Source: Phycisphaerae bacterium
GTDB taxonomy: Bacteria > Planctomycetota > Phycisphaerae > Sedimentisphaerales > Anaerohalosphaeraceae
DNA: 64,000 bases
Assembly: GCA_014859965.1 (NCBI GenBank)
Contig: JACZKQ010000030.1
Span: 8,032-72,031 of the forward strand
Reading direction: 5' to 3'
Below the pieces are notes generated by a model. The model was given only the letters and a program-made list of their open reading frames with translations, was not told where the DNA came from and did not search any database. Position numbers and translations under genes: made by a program. Of the stretch, positions 10,592 through 20,556 are shown one piece after another. The first letter of the stretch is position 1, and each line of letters begins with the position of its first letter.

Positions 10592-12460
10592 TTACTCGGC
10601 AAGATTGAAGTTGATCTCGTACGCCGTGCCGTCGAATTTGGTATTCACATTATAGCCGCTGTTGTAGAAGATGTTGAGCATGGCTTTGTTCTCGGGGAGC
10701 ACGGTGGCGTAAAAGCTCTTGATGCCCCGCTGTGCGGCGATGCGAACCACGTAGTCCAGAAGGAGGGTTCCCATGCCCTTGGCCTGCCATTCGTCGTGGA
10801 CGATGAATGCGACTTCGGCGACGCGGGCCCTCGGTTCGAGGAAATACTGGGCGATGGCGACGACCTCTTCCTCCGCCGGGCCCGGAACGACACCCACTAC
10901 GGCCAGTTCGTTCTGGTAGTCGATATTAGTGAGTTTCTGCACGTCGCGATGGGGGAACGTCTTCGTATGAGTGAAGTAGCGCTTCTTGACCGACGCCTGG
11001 CTCAGTGAATAGAGCATTTCAGAAAGGGCGTTTTCATCGGTGGGTTTGATGGGCCGAAAGAAGATCTGCGTGCCGTCGCGCAGCGTGTCGTAATGTTCGA
11101 GTTCGTCAGGGTATCTGACGTTTTCCCACGGCAGTTCGATCTGGTCGGCATGGATATATCGCTGCGCCTTGGCGGCCTGTATCAGCTCTTTGCGGAACTT
11201 CGGATGAGCGATGTTGATCAGCGCGAGCACGCGCTCCCGAATGCTCTTTCCGTGGAGATAAGCGATGCCATATTCGGTGACGACGTAGTGGATATCGCCC
11301 CGTGTGGTGACGACTCCGGCGCCTTCAGTAAGCTTGGCGACAATGCGCGAGACGGTTTCATTTTTGGCGGTAGACGGCATGGTGATGACGGGCTTGCCGC
11401 CCCGGCTGCGAGCGCAGCCGCGAATGAAATCCACTTGCCCGCCGATGCCGCTGTAGAACCGGTAACCCAACGAGTCGGCGCAGACCTGTCCGGTCAGGTC
11501 GACTTCAAGGCCTACATTGATGCCGACCATTTTGTCATGCTGGCTGATGATGAATGGGTCATTGACGTATTCGGTCGGATGAAACTCGAAGAAAGGATTG
11601 TTGTCGATGTAGTCGTAGAGCCGTTGTGAGCCCATGGCGAAGCTGGCGACGATCTTGCCGCGGTTAATGGTTTTCTTGGTGCAGGTAATAGCCCCGCACT
11701 CAATAAGGTCGATGATCCAGTCGCCGAACATTTCTGTGTGAATGCCGAGTTCTCTTTTGTCCCCGAGAAATTCGGCCATCGCCTGGGGAATGCGTCCGAT
11801 ACCGCACTCGATGGTGCTGCCGTCCTCGACCAGCCGGGCGAGATTCTGGCCGATGCGCCTCAGCACTTCGTCGGAAGCCTCCGGCTCGACGGTAATGAGC
11901 GGCTCATCGTACGGCACGAGCATGTCGATGGAATTGACGTGCAGAAAGCAGTCGCCGAGAGTTCGCGGCATATTCGCGTTAACCTGGGCCACGACGTAGC
12001 GCGCGTTGGCGGCCGCGGACTTGACGATATCCACGGAGATGCCCAGGCTGCACAGTCCGTTGGCGTCCGGCGGCGTCACGGAAATAAAGGCGATGTCCAG
12101 CGGAATTCGGCCGGATTCGAACTCCTGCGGGATTTCCGAGAGAAACATCGGCGTGTAATCGGAGATACCCTCCTGAATGCTGTCGCGGACGTTATCGGCG
12201 ATGAAAAAACTGTTGACATTGAATTTGTCACGGAACTTGTCGTGCATGTAAGGGGCCGGGCCGATGGTAAGAAAGTTGATGATGTTGGAGTCGAAGATAT
12301 GCGCCGAGTGTGCGACCAGTTCGTGGACGAGGTGCTGGGGCTGGCCGCAGCCGGTCCCGATAAATATGCTGTCGCCGGGCTTTATCAATTGAATCGCGTC
12401 GGCGGGACTGCCGATCGAGCCGGCGTATTTTTTCTTCCAGTCAAATTGTGTTACGTTCAT
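10592..12460 (-). CDS. Acetyl-CoA hydrolase/CoA-transferase family domain fused to a C-terminal GNAT acetyltransferase domain
   Basis: 622-aa ORF. The N-terminal ~430 aa resemble 4-hydroxybutyrate CoA-transferase/acetyl-CoA hydrolase (GTGCGQP..., GIGGQVDF). The C-terminal ~170 aa are GNAT-like (VHDEWQAKGMGTLLLDY). The start overlaps the upstream stop in an ATGA. Confidence 0.8.
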   Translation of the reverse strand: MNVTQFDWKKKYAGSIGSPADAIQLIKPGDSIFIGTGCGQPQHLVHELVAHSAHIFDSNIINFLTIGPAPYMHDKFRDKFNVNSFFIADNVRDSIQEGISDYTPMFLSEIPQEFESGRIPLDIAFISVTPPDANGLCSLGISVDIVKSAAANARYVVAQVNANMPRTLGDCFLHVNSIDMLVPYDEPLITVEPEASDEVLRRIGQNLARLVEDGSTIECGIGRIPQAMAEFLGDKRELGIHTEMFGDWIIDLIECGAITCTKKTINRGKIVASFAMGSQRLYDYIDNNPFFEFHPTEYVNDPFIISQHDKMVGINVGLEVDLTGQVCADSLGYRFYSGIGGQVDFIRGCARSRGGKPVITMPSTAKNETVSRIVAKLTEGAGVVTTRGDIHYVVTEYGIAYLHGKSIRERVLALINIAHPKFRKELIQAAKAQRYIHADQIELPWENVRYPDELEHYDTLRDGTQIFFRPIKPTDENALSEMLYSLSQASVKKRYFTHTKTFPHRDVQKLTNIDYQNELAVVGVVPGPAEEEVVAIAQYFLEPRARVAEVAFIVHDEWQAKGMGTLLLDYVVRIAAQRGIKSFYATVLPENKAMLNIFYNSGYNVNTKFDGTAYEINFNLAE

Positions 12461-14568
12461 TTTGTCTGCCCAACCTTTTCAACACTGATGCGTGCGTCGA
12501 CCGCGATAGGTGTAGTTCCTTCGGGGCCGACCATAAAAGGATTGATATCCATCTCCAGAATTTGTGGGAATTCGGTCACGAGTTGCGACAGCCTCTGCAG
12601 GGCTTCGGCGATGGCGTCGATGTCTACGCCCGCCTGGCCGCGAACGCCGGTCAGCATTTTGTAAGTCCGGGTGTTCACCAGCATCTGCTTGGCCTCCACG
12701 GCGGTCAACGGCGCCAGGTAGAAGGCGACGTCCTTGAGCACCTCGACCATGATGCCGCCCATGCCGAACATCATCATCGGACCGAAATGCGGGTCTCGAT
12801 GCATTCCGAGGATGACTTCCTTGCCTTCGGTGCACATCTCCTGCACGAGCACGCCGAGGATGTCGGCCTCCGGCATTTTCTTGGGGACGCGGAACATCAT
12901 GAGGTCGAAGGCGTCCATGACTTCCTGGGCGCTCTTGAGCCCTACCCGGACGCCGCCGACATCGGACTTGTGGATGATGTCGGGCGACCAGATTTTAAGA
13001 ACGACGGGAAATCCCAACTGCCGCGCGATGTTTGCGGCCTGCTCGGCGGTTGTTGCGATGGAACCCTTGGGCGTTACAAAGCCGTAGGCTTCGATGATTT
13101 CCTTGGATTCCACTTCGCCGATTTCGCGAATGCCGAGCCGCAGGTGTCTTTCGACGATATTCTCAACCTTCCGTCTGTTGACAGGATAGAGCTTGACAAC
13201 GCGTTTGGGTCTGTGGCGCCAGCGGTGATAATCGCTCATGGCCTTGATGGCGGCGACAGCGCTTTCGGGCGAATCGTATTGAGGGATTTGCCCGCGCCTT
13301 AGGACCTTTAGGCCGGGTTCCACCTTTTCGGCGCCCAGGAAGCACGCGAAGACGGGTTTGTTGTGATTTTTGGCTTCCTTGACGATGGCCTCGGCGGTGG
13401 CGGCAACTTCCGTCATCGCCTGAGGGGTCAGGAGCACCAGTATGGCGCTGACATTCTTGTCGGCCATAACGATTTCCAGGGCCAACTCGTAGCGCTCGGC
13501 CAGAGCGTCGCCGAGTACGTCGACGGGATTGTTGACGTTGGCGGCGGCAGGCAGTTTGGCGGCAAGTTTCTGTACGGTTTCTTCAGAAAGTTTGGCGAAG
13601 GTCAGCCCCTGACTTTCAATGGCATCGGCGGCCATAATGCCCGGGCCGCCGGCATTGGTAATGACGACGACGCTGTCGCCTTCCGGGAGCGGCTGGGTGG
13701 CAAACGCCTGTGCAAAATCAAACTGCGTTTTGATCGAATTGCACCGGATTATGCCGGCCCGCTCGAAGACGCACTCATACGCTGTTTCGCTGCCCGCCAG
13801 AGAACCGGTGTGGCTGGATGCGGCACGCGCCCCGGCGCCGGTGGCGCCCGATTTCATGAGCAGAACAGGTTTGGCGTGGGAGATGATCTCGGCTTCGCGA
13901 ACAAACTGATTGCCGTCGGAAATGTTTTCGAGGTACCCGGCGATAACTTTGGTTTCCGGGCAGTCGGCAAGGTACTGCATGATGTCCAGTTCGTCCATAT
14001 CGGCCTTGTTGCCGATGCTGACCAGCGTGCTGAAGCCGATGCCGACCGCGTTGGCCATGTCGAGGATGGCCGCCAGCAGGGCCCCGGATTGAGACACGTA
14101 GCCGATGGCGCCGGTGCCGGGCAGGTCGCCGGCGAAACTGGCGTTGAGCTTGTGGACCGTGTCGATGATGCCCAGGCAGTTGGGTCCGATGACCCGAATA
14201 CCGGCGCCATGGGCGATCCGCAGGACCTCTTGCTCCAACTGGCTGCCGGCGGCGCCTACTTCCTTAAAGCCGGCGGTAATGATAACCACCGACTTGGACC
14301 CGATGCGGGCACATTGCCGCATCACATCCGCTACCGTTTCGGCCGGAACGATGATCAGCACCAGTTCAGGAACCTCGCCAATGGACGTGAGGTCCGGATA
14401 GCATTTCAGGCCGTCGATGGAGTCGACGCCCGGATTAATAGGGAAAATCTTTCCCGGGTACCCGCCGCGCACAATATTGACCAGGATTTCACGACCCACC
14501 TTGCCGGGGCGGCGGGATGCACCCACAATCGCCACCGACGCAGGATTAAAAAAACTTTCTAATGACAT
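12457..14568 (-). CDS. ADP-forming acetyl-CoA synthetase / acetate--CoA ligase family protein (fused alpha+beta)
   Basis: 703-aa ORF with a CoA-binding N-terminus (VAIVGASRRPGKVG), the phosphohistidine-loop-like SSHTGSLAGS, and a C-terminal ATP-grasp domain. Confidence 0.85.
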   Translation of the reverse strand: MSLESFFNPASVAIVGASRRPGKVGREILVNIVRGGYPGKIFPINPGVDSIDGLKCYPDLTSIGEVPELVLIIVPAETVADVMRQCARIGSKSVVIITAGFKEVGAAGSQLEQEVLRIAHGAGIRVIGPNCLGIIDTVHKLNASFAGDLPGTGAIGYVSQSGALLAAILDMANAVGIGFSTLVSIGNKADMDELDIMQYLADCPETKVIAGYLENISDGNQFVREAEIISHAKPVLLMKSGATGAGARAASSHTGSLAGSETAYECVFERAGIIRCNSIKTQFDFAQAFATQPLPEGDSVVVITNAGGPGIMAADAIESQGLTFAKLSEETVQKLAAKLPAAANVNNPVDVLGDALAERYELALEIVMADKNVSAILVLLTPQAMTEVAATAEAIVKEAKNHNKPVFACFLGAEKVEPGLKVLRRGQIPQYDSPESAVAAIKAMSDYHRWRHRPKRVVKLYPVNRRKVENIVERHLRLGIREIGEVESKEIIEAYGFVTPKGSIATTAEQAANIARQLGFPVVLKIWSPDIIHKSDVGGVRVGLKSAQEVMDAFDLMMFRVPKKMPEADILGVLVQEMCTEGKEVILGMHRDPHFGPMMMFGMGGIMVEVLKDVAFYLAPLTAVEAKQMLVNTRTYKMLTGVRGQAGVDIDAIAEALQRLSQLVTEFPQILEMDINPFMVGPEGTTPIAVDARISVEKVGQTK

Positions 14569-14868
14569 TTTACGTACCTTATGCTTGTTGTCAGTGCAGT
14601 TTTGAATCGGCAGACCGAGCCGAAGGATAAAACTCTTATTGTACCCTATAGACGTGGCTATTCAAGTACCATCCAACTACGTTTGTTAATATTTGTTTGT
14701 GCGGAACGGGTGAATCTAACAGGAAAAAACAATAAAGACCATTAGGGTAAGAATGTTTGGATTGCGCCGTTCCGGGCGGCGGCGGGGGATATCATCCGGA
14801 AAGGAGAAAAGATATTTTGTTCAAAGCGCCGGCTGTGGTATGCTGGCGGGGTTACTCAAGGGAGAGCC

Positions 14869-15609
14869 ATGCAGAAACGGGAAGAAGCGTTTACGGTGAA
14901 GACCTATCATTGCCGGCCGGACGGCCGGATGAAAATAGATGCGCTGATGCGACGGCTGCAAGAGGCCGCCGCCGCCCATGCGCAGCAGGCAGGCTTCAGT
15001 CTCGATTGGCTCAAAGAGATCGGGTGCTATTTTGTGTTGTCTAATTTTATAGTCGAATTCGGCCGGTTACCGGGTTGGAATGAAGTCGTCGCTCTGCGGA
15101 CATGGCCCAGCGGGCATAATCGTGTGATCACGACTCGGGAATTCGTGGGTTGTGATGCCGGGGGCAGCGAACTGTTCAGGGTGGGCAGCGAATGGATGGT
15201 CCTGAGCCGCAAGACCAATCGGCCGAGAAATCTCGCCAAACTGGACCTGCCTTTGACAAGCGAGGCGGAGAAGGTGATTCCCGAAAAGGTCATTGCCGGA
15301 CCGTTGGAGCGTCTGGTGCCGCTGGCCGACTATGGTTTCACAGAGAGCATTCGTGTGCCCTATAGTGCCGTCGATATGAACGGGCACGTCAATAATACCG
15401 AATACGTGCGGTGGGGTATGGATGTCCTTCGAAGGGGGCTGGATTTCAACTCCGATGTGCGCCGGCTGCAGATTACATACCTGTCGGAGGTTTTTGAAAA
15501 CGACCGACTCGACGTCGCGGTTGCGATGGCGGGACCGGGCCGGTATGCAGTGGCCGGAAGGAAAGCAGATGAAGGAACGCTGGTTTATCTGATGGAAATT
15601 GTCTGTTGA
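14869..15609 (+). CDS. Acyl-ACP thioesterase family protein
   Basis: 246-aa ORF with double hotdog-like organisation and similarity to the FatA/B-type bacterial thioesterase family. An SD-like GGGAGAG precedes the ATG. Confidence 0.7.
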   Translation: MQKREEAFTVKTYHCRPDGRMKIDALMRRLQEAAAAHAQQAGFSLDWLKEIGCYFVLSNFIVEFGRLPGWNEVVALRTWPSGHNRVITTREFVGCDAGGSELFRVGSEWMVLSRKTNRPRNLAKLDLPLTSEAEKVIPEKVIAGPLERLVPLADYGFTESIRVPYSAVDMNGHVNNTEYVRWGMDVLRRGLDFNSDVRRLQITYLSEVFENDRLDVAVAMAGPGRYAVAGRKADEGTLVYLMEIVC

Positions 15610-15680
15610 CACGTCAGTGCAGGCGACGATGCCGCAGGGTTCGCTGGCGGTTTGCAGCACAGGCTCGGAGTGGTCCCGTG

Positions 15681-17111
15681 TCAGCAGAGTCGAATCTGAA
15701 GGATGCGTCGTGTGGCGGGGGTGATTTTTGTGGACTCGCAGGGTCGCACTGGGGCGACCCAGATGATCTTCCCGGCGTCGGCGACGATTACAGCTTGCCG
15801 GCGCGTCGCCGGCCCGATGCCCGCGGCCGAAAGAAACTTGCCTACTTTTTTCTGCGATGCCATGCCAAAGGGCTGAAAGCGATCTCCGGGCCGCCGGCCG
15901 CGCACGACCAGGGGGGCGGCCAGTGTGTCGTAATCAAACCATTCCGTGCGGGGATCCTTGGCGGCTGTAAAAGTAAGCAGGTCGCACTCTTGCGCGGTCA
16001 GTAGGGCCGTTTCAAACGTATTGGCGCCGTATTCCGTCACGCCGTTGATAAGCAGTTGCCGAGGCTCCATGCCGCTGCCGGCCGCTCCGGGGGGCGGATT
16101 TTCAAAAAACAAATCGTTCTTGTGCACCCACACGTATGCTCCATCCGGCAGAGAGAGCCTGCCGGGCCGCCCGGTGCGCGCCTGTTCGAGGATGGCGAGA
16201 TAATGGCTCTCCGACATATCGCGCAAACCTGTCCCGATTTCAGCCAGTGCCCGCCGGGTCAGTTCCACGGCGACCGGATCGACCAGCGCGGCGACGGCTT
16301 GCCTGTTCAGAATGATGCGATTTGCGTGTCTTTCCTTTACGGCGGCGGGGTGCAGGGCATCCACGTCGCGTTCAATCCGCGACAGCAGCCTGCGGCACGC
16401 TGCCGAAAGCGCGTCCAACTGCCGGGGCAAGTCCGATGCAGCGCCTTGCTGGAGTGTCGGCAGCAGCACGTGGCGAATCCGGTTGCGTGTGTGCGCGTAA
16501 TCGTCATTGGTGTGATCATGCCGCCACTTAAGGCCGTTTTCCTCACAGTAGGCGATGATCTCGCTGCGGCCGCAGGCGAGCAACGGGCTTATGAAGGTCA
16601 TCGAACCGCCGCCGCCTCGCAGTGTTCTCGCCGGCCGAATCCCCGCCAGGCCGCGAAGGCCCGTGCCCCGCAGCAGTCTGTGGACCAGCGTCTCGGCATT
16701 GTCGTTCATGTGATGGGCGGTCGCAATGGCGCCGCAGTGCCGTTGCTCTGCCATTTGGATGAGCGTGTCCATTCGGACCTGCCGTGCAGCGGTTTCGATG
16801 GAAAGACGATTCTCGCGGGATATGTCCTTTATGTTTACGGACCGGCTGCAGCAGTCCAGCCCCCACCGGGCGGCCAAACCCTTGACAAAGGTCTCGTCGC
16901 CGTCACTTGCCGCCCCCCGCAAACCGTGGTTCACATGGCCGACGACGAGCGACATGCTGAAGGCATGCGCTTCGATCAGACGTTTGAGCACGGCGAGCAG
17001 GACGACCGAATCTGCGCCTCCCGACACGGCCGCCAGAACGGATTGCCCCGTGTCCAGCAGGCCTTCCGATCGAATGAAGTCCAAAACCTTTTTTTCGAAT
17101 ACATTCAGCAT
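15681..17111 (-). CDS. tilS: tRNA(Ile)-lysidine synthetase
   Basis: PP-loop motif AAVSGGADSVVL. The start was trimmed to MLNVFEKKVLDF (ATG comp. 17109-17111); the Arg-rich 53-aa extension in the track ORF is implausible. Confidence 0.85.
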   Translation of the reverse strand: MLNVFEKKVLDFIRSEGLLDTGQSVLAAVSGGADSVVLLAVLKRLIEAHAFSMSLVVGHVNHGLRGAASDGDETFVKGLAARWGLDCCSRSVNIKDISRENRLSIETAARQVRMDTLIQMAEQRHCGAIATAHHMNDNAETLVHRLLRGTGLRGLAGIRPARTLRGGGGSMTFISPLLACGRSEIIAYCEENGLKWRHDHTNDDYAHTRNRIRHVLLPTLQQGAASDLPRQLDALSAACRRLLSRIERDVDALHPAAVKERHANRIILNRQAVAALVDPVAVELTRRALAEIGTGLRDMSESHYLAILEQARTGRPGRLSLPDGAYVWVHKNDLFFENPPPGAAGSGMEPRQLLINGVTEYGANTFETALLTAQECDLLTFTAAKDPRTEWFDYDTLAAPLVVRGRRPGDRFQPFGMASQKKVGKFLSAAGIGPATRRQAVIVADAGKIIWVAPVRPCESTKITPATRRILQIRLC

Positions 17112-17187
17112 GGCGTTAAAAAAAACGGGCCTGCTCCATCGGAGAACAGGCCCGCGATAATCTCTTACACAAGTTGCCCGACCGGCG

Positions 17188-18057
17188 TCACGGCATCGTG
17201 TCCAGCGTCTCCGAGAATGCGTCAACCGACGTATTGGACATCGTTGAGCCCGGAAGAGGCGCCGGTGCACCGGGTTGGCTGCCGGGCTTTGTCAACTCAA
17301 GAATACGCTTCTGTGCGAACTCTGTGTTTTTGGTGTAGCGAGCTTCGCGTTCTACGGATAATTGATAGAGCGTCAGAGCCTCGGTCCTTCTGAGAAGACG
17401 CTGATCCAGAATGTAGCCCGCCCGGAATCTTGCCGGATAGGCGGTTACATCGTTCCACTGGAAGCAGCGCTGGTAATACACCATGGCGATCTCCCAATCC
17501 TTGAAATGCTCATAGATGCGTCCCGCGCGGTAAGCGGAATCGTCAATTTTGTTGCTGCTTGGAAAGCGTGCGATCACCTGATTGAACTTGTTAAGCGCCC
17601 CGCGGAGTTTGTCCTCGTCGGTAATGATCAACAGTCCGCCGGCCTGTTTGTACAATTCCATGGCCTCATTGAAGAGGATATTGGCGTCCTCAATGTCGCT
17701 GCTGGCGATCAGGTCCGGCGGCAGCACTTCGGCGGTCATCAGGTAACGATAGTGCGGCACGCGGTCGAGCGCTTCCAATTCATGCTGCGCCCACTGACGC
17801 TTTGTAATATCGGCCGACATCTGATAATGCCTGAGAAGTTCGACCAGGCTTTGGCGATATTCATTACGCTTTTGGGCAAGGTGTTCGACCTTGTCCGCTT
17901 CCGCAGCGTCGGGTACGCCGAAGCCCTGGGTGGTTACAAATGTTGCTTGCGTGGGATCGGCCCTGAAGCGGGGATCGTCTTTGACGGCCGGTTCGTCACA
18001 ACCAAGGATGAAAACCAGAAGAAGCAGCTCGGCTGAGATGAATAATTTTTTCGCCAT
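17188..18057 (-). CDS. TPR-like repeat lipoprotein (function unknown)
   Basis: 289-aa ORF with a lipoprotein signal and lipobox (LLLVFILGC|D), followed by helical-repeat sequence. Confidence 0.6.
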   Translation of the reverse strand: MAKKLFISAELLLLVFILGCDEPAVKDDPRFRADPTQATFVTTQGFGVPDAAEADKVEHLAQKRNEYRQSLVELLRHYQMSADITKRQWAQHELEALDRVPHYRYLMTAEVLPPDLIASSDIEDANILFNEAMELYKQAGGLLIITDEDKLRGALNKFNQVIARFPSSNKIDDSAYRAGRIYEHFKDWEIAMVYYQRCFQWNDVTAYPARFRAGYILDQRLLRRTEALTLYQLSVEREARYTKNTEFAQKRILELTKPGSQPGAPAPLPGSTMSNTSVDAFSETLDTMP

Positions 18058-18162
18058 TATGAACTCCTTTCAATTCGTTAAAGCGATCGCTTTTCCTGTC
18101 GGCAAACATACCATTTTTCGCCGCGGTGTCAATAGCCGTTTGGCCAATTTATCCAAACGTCC

Positions 18163-18900
18163 TTACCATTGTGCTTCAATATAGGGTCCGACAGGTCCCT
18201 GCGTCCCCGGTTTGGGATGAGCCTTGATGATGGCCTCGGCGATGGCGACGTCGCTTCTTCGGGTGATCTTGATATTCGAGTGGTCTGTTTCGACAATGGC
18301 GATTTCTTTGCCCATCGCTTCGACGAGCGTCGCGTCATCACTCACAGCGCCTCGGTCCATCTTATCGAGCCCGGCGTAGGCCTCTTTGAGCAGCTTCGCA
18401 TCGAAGACCTGCGGCGTTTGTGCTTCATAAAGGCCGGTGCGGTCCACCGTTTCCACAATTGCACCGTCCCGGACCTTTTTGATCGTGGCCACGACCGGGC
18501 AGGCAAGGATGGCGGCCCCCGTTTCACCGGCCCGGCGGATGACCGCTTCCACCCATTCATCCGTCAGGCAGCACCGCACTGCATCGTGAACCGCGACGAG
18601 ATCTATGTCGGGTTTGACCAGTGCCAGTGCTTTGGATACGCTCTCGAACCGCTCTTTGCCGCCGTGGCAGAGCTTAACGCCGCTGAAACTCAGATTGGCG
18701 CCATATTTAATCTTGACCAGCTCCTCGTCGTCGGGCGAGATGGCCATAAGGATTTGCTTCACATCGTCACGGTTGGCGAAAAACTCGATGCTGCGGACAA
18801 ACGCCGCCCGCCCGCCGACCTCAATAAAGGGCTTCTTCTTGCTGCCGCCAAACCGAGCCCCAGCCCCGGCCGCACAAATAATCACCGCTACCTTCTTCAT
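18163..18900 (-). CDS. ispD: 2-C-methyl-D-erythritol 4-phosphate cytidylyltransferase
   Basis: 245-aa ORF. MKKVAVIICAAGAGARFGG..KKPF is the IspD signature N-terminus. Confidence 0.9.
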   Translation of the reverse strand: MKKVAVIICAAGAGARFGGSKKKPFIEVGGRAAFVRSIEFFANRDDVKQILMAISPDDEELVKIKYGANLSFSGVKLCHGGKERFESVSKALALVKPDIDLVAVHDAVRCCLTDEWVEAVIRRAGETGAAILACPVVATIKKVRDGAIVETVDRTGLYEAQTPQVFDAKLLKEAYAGLDKMDRGAVSDDATLVEAMGKEIAIVETDHSNIKITRRSDVAIAEAIIKAHPKPGTQGPVGPYIEAQW

Positions 18901-18928
18901 TGTATTTCCCCAAGTCTTCCTTCTATAC

Positions 18929-19678
18929 CTATTGGTCCGTAGTCCATTTTAAGCGGCCCAGTTCGTCGGCCGGAATGAACTCTGTATGCCCATCGGCAAA
19001 GGCCACATTGCAGCCTCCGCCGTCATGATACTCCGTGGTCAACAACTCGGGCCCCCCGGCCTGGTTCCAACCCGGCGTGCTTTCGAATATGGCCACGAGT
19101 TCCGGGTCGGGTTTGCCTCCCAAAGTTTGCAGATTGCTGTTGATTGCGTATGAGCATGTGCCTGAGGGTGCCGTCGGGCATTGAAAAGACCGTCTGGAAA
19201 CGTCTGCCTCCTGCATGAGCAGATCGCACCATTTGTCTGAAGCCGGGATATTGCCCTCGTACCAGTCAGCATACATGGTCATCGCTGTTGAAAGGGTCTG
19301 CAGGTTTGCACGACAGACTATTCGGCGAGCTTCGAACTTGGCACGCGAAAGTGCGGGCATGAGGATCGCCAGCAAAAGCGGTACGACAACCGCGACAAAC
19401 ACAAAAGGCAGGACTATGCCCGTGATCGCCATGCCCATACCCTTGAGCACGCCATTGGTTTTTGCGATCTTCACTAGTGCGACGATGCCGCAGATGATGG
19501 CCGGCAGGGCGGTGATGCCGCATGTGAAAAAGGCCAGGATGCCGAGCACCAGCGCCGCAATCGCCAAACCTGAGGTCTTAGCCGCAGCGGCGGCCGGAGC
19601 CGGAGCCAGTTCACAGCCGCAGGAGAAACATCTCACGGAATCGTCGGGATTGGCCGAGCCACATTGTGGACAACGCAT
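18929..19678 (-). CDS. Zinc-ribbon / multi-TM / pseudopilin-like protein with a C-terminal H-X9-DG-type domain (DUF1559-like)
   Basis: N-terminal CPQCG..CFSCGC zinc ribbon. Two to three TM helices follow, then LLAILMPALSRAKFEARRIVCRANLQTL (pilin-like helix), and a C-terminal HDGGGCNVAFADGH motif. Confidence 0.7.
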   Translation of the reverse strand: MRCPQCGSANPDDSVRCFSCGCELAPAPAAAAAKTSGLAIAALVLGILAFFTCGITALPAIICGIVALVKIAKTNGVLKGMGMAITGIVLPFVFVAVVVPLLLAILMPALSRAKFEARRIVCRANLQTLSTAMTMYADWYEGNIPASDKWCDLLMQEADVSRRSFQCPTAPSGTCSYAINSNLQTLGGKPDPELVAIFESTPGWNQAGGPELLTTEYHDGGGCNVAFADGHTEFIPADELGRLKWTTDQ

Positions 19679-19698
19679 GTTAATCTCCTTAGTTGGGG

Positions 19699-20238
19699 TC
19701 AGTATTCGATCCCTTTTCGTGCAGTAATGCCTTTTTCGAAGGGGTGCTTGATCGGTTTCATTTCAGTTACGAGATCGGCTAATTCCATGAGCGGCTCGTC
19801 GGCGCCGCGGCCGGTCAGTACGATTTCGACGTGTTCGTCTCGGGTACGAACGAGCGTGCCGATGTCGTCCAGCGCGGCAAGCTTATGTGCGTAACAGAAG
19901 ACGATCTCGTCCAGAATTATCACGTCATAACTGCGATGAGTCGCCGAAGCCGTCAATTCTTTCAGCGTTTCGGCGACTGCCCGGCACACATCAGCCGTTG
20001 TCGACGCATCGTGCAGGGATTTCCGAAGGTCCCACGCCTGCTCCATCGCCTTCAATTCGATATTGTCGAGCCGTTCGATGGCTGTGCGTTCGCCGAGCTG
20101 CAGTGAGGACGGTTTCAGGAACTGGTAGAACAGTACGCGGTTTCCCCGCCCGGCCGCACGCATCGCCAGCCCGAGGGCTGCGGTTGTTTTGCCTTTGCCG
20201 TCCCCCGTATAGATTTGCACAAGCCCTTTTTCCAACAT
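19699..20238 (-). CDS. cobO: Cob(I)yrinic acid a,c-diamide adenosyltransferase
   Basis: MLEKGLVQIYTGDGKGKTTAALGLAMRAAG is the CobO/BtuR P-loop N-terminus. The start was trimmed from the track ORF (ATG comp. 20236-20238). Confidence 0.85.
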   Translation of the reverse strand: MLEKGLVQIYTGDGKGKTTAALGLAMRAAGRGNRVLFYQFLKPSSLQLGERTAIERLDNIELKAMEQAWDLRKSLHDASTTADVCRAVAETLKELTASATHRSYDVIILDEIVFCYAHKLAALDDIGTLVRTRDEHVEIVLTGRGADEPLMELADLVTEMKPIKHPFEKGITARKGIEY

Positions 20239-20446
20239 GGCCGTATGGTATACCAAAAAGCCTCCGCGTAAAGCAAAAAACCGGTGTAATCGGACTCCGG
20301 CTGAGAGGTGGACTCTCACGGCCTGCTCGCGTCTTTATTATCGGACAAATTCAGCTGGTTTAGACCTTCCGGGAGGGCGTTGTGGGTCGAAGTGGCAGGA
20401 TTGAGCTTGTGCCGTGGAAAAAAACCGGGGTGACGGCCCAAAATAA

Positions 20447-20475
20447 TTGTATTCAGACATTAGATGCTGTATAAT
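20447..20475 (+). promoter_or_regulatory. Candidate sigma-70 promoter of the metalloprotease gene
   Basis: TTGTAT-17 nt-TATAAT read directly (20447-20452 and 20470-20475), ~80 nt upstream of ATG 20557. Confidence 0.4.
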
Positions 20476-20556
20476 TGGAGCTGTTCATTGCGGGGGTTCA
20501 TTACAGCATTGAGCCTCCGGGAAAGTATTACTCAAAACCAGTCCTATTGGGAGTCA

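Noticed and set aside
15681-17270. N-terminal extensions in the ORF track. Affected genes: tilS (529 aa), cobO (206 aa), PilZ (221 aa), DegT (500 aa), carA (411 aa), GT9 (447 aa), the metalloprotease (973 aa) and the esterase (525 aa).
   Set aside because: - The extensions are Arg-rich or overlap neighbouring genes or promoters.
- Internal starts with SD sequences give canonical family N-termini or signal peptides.
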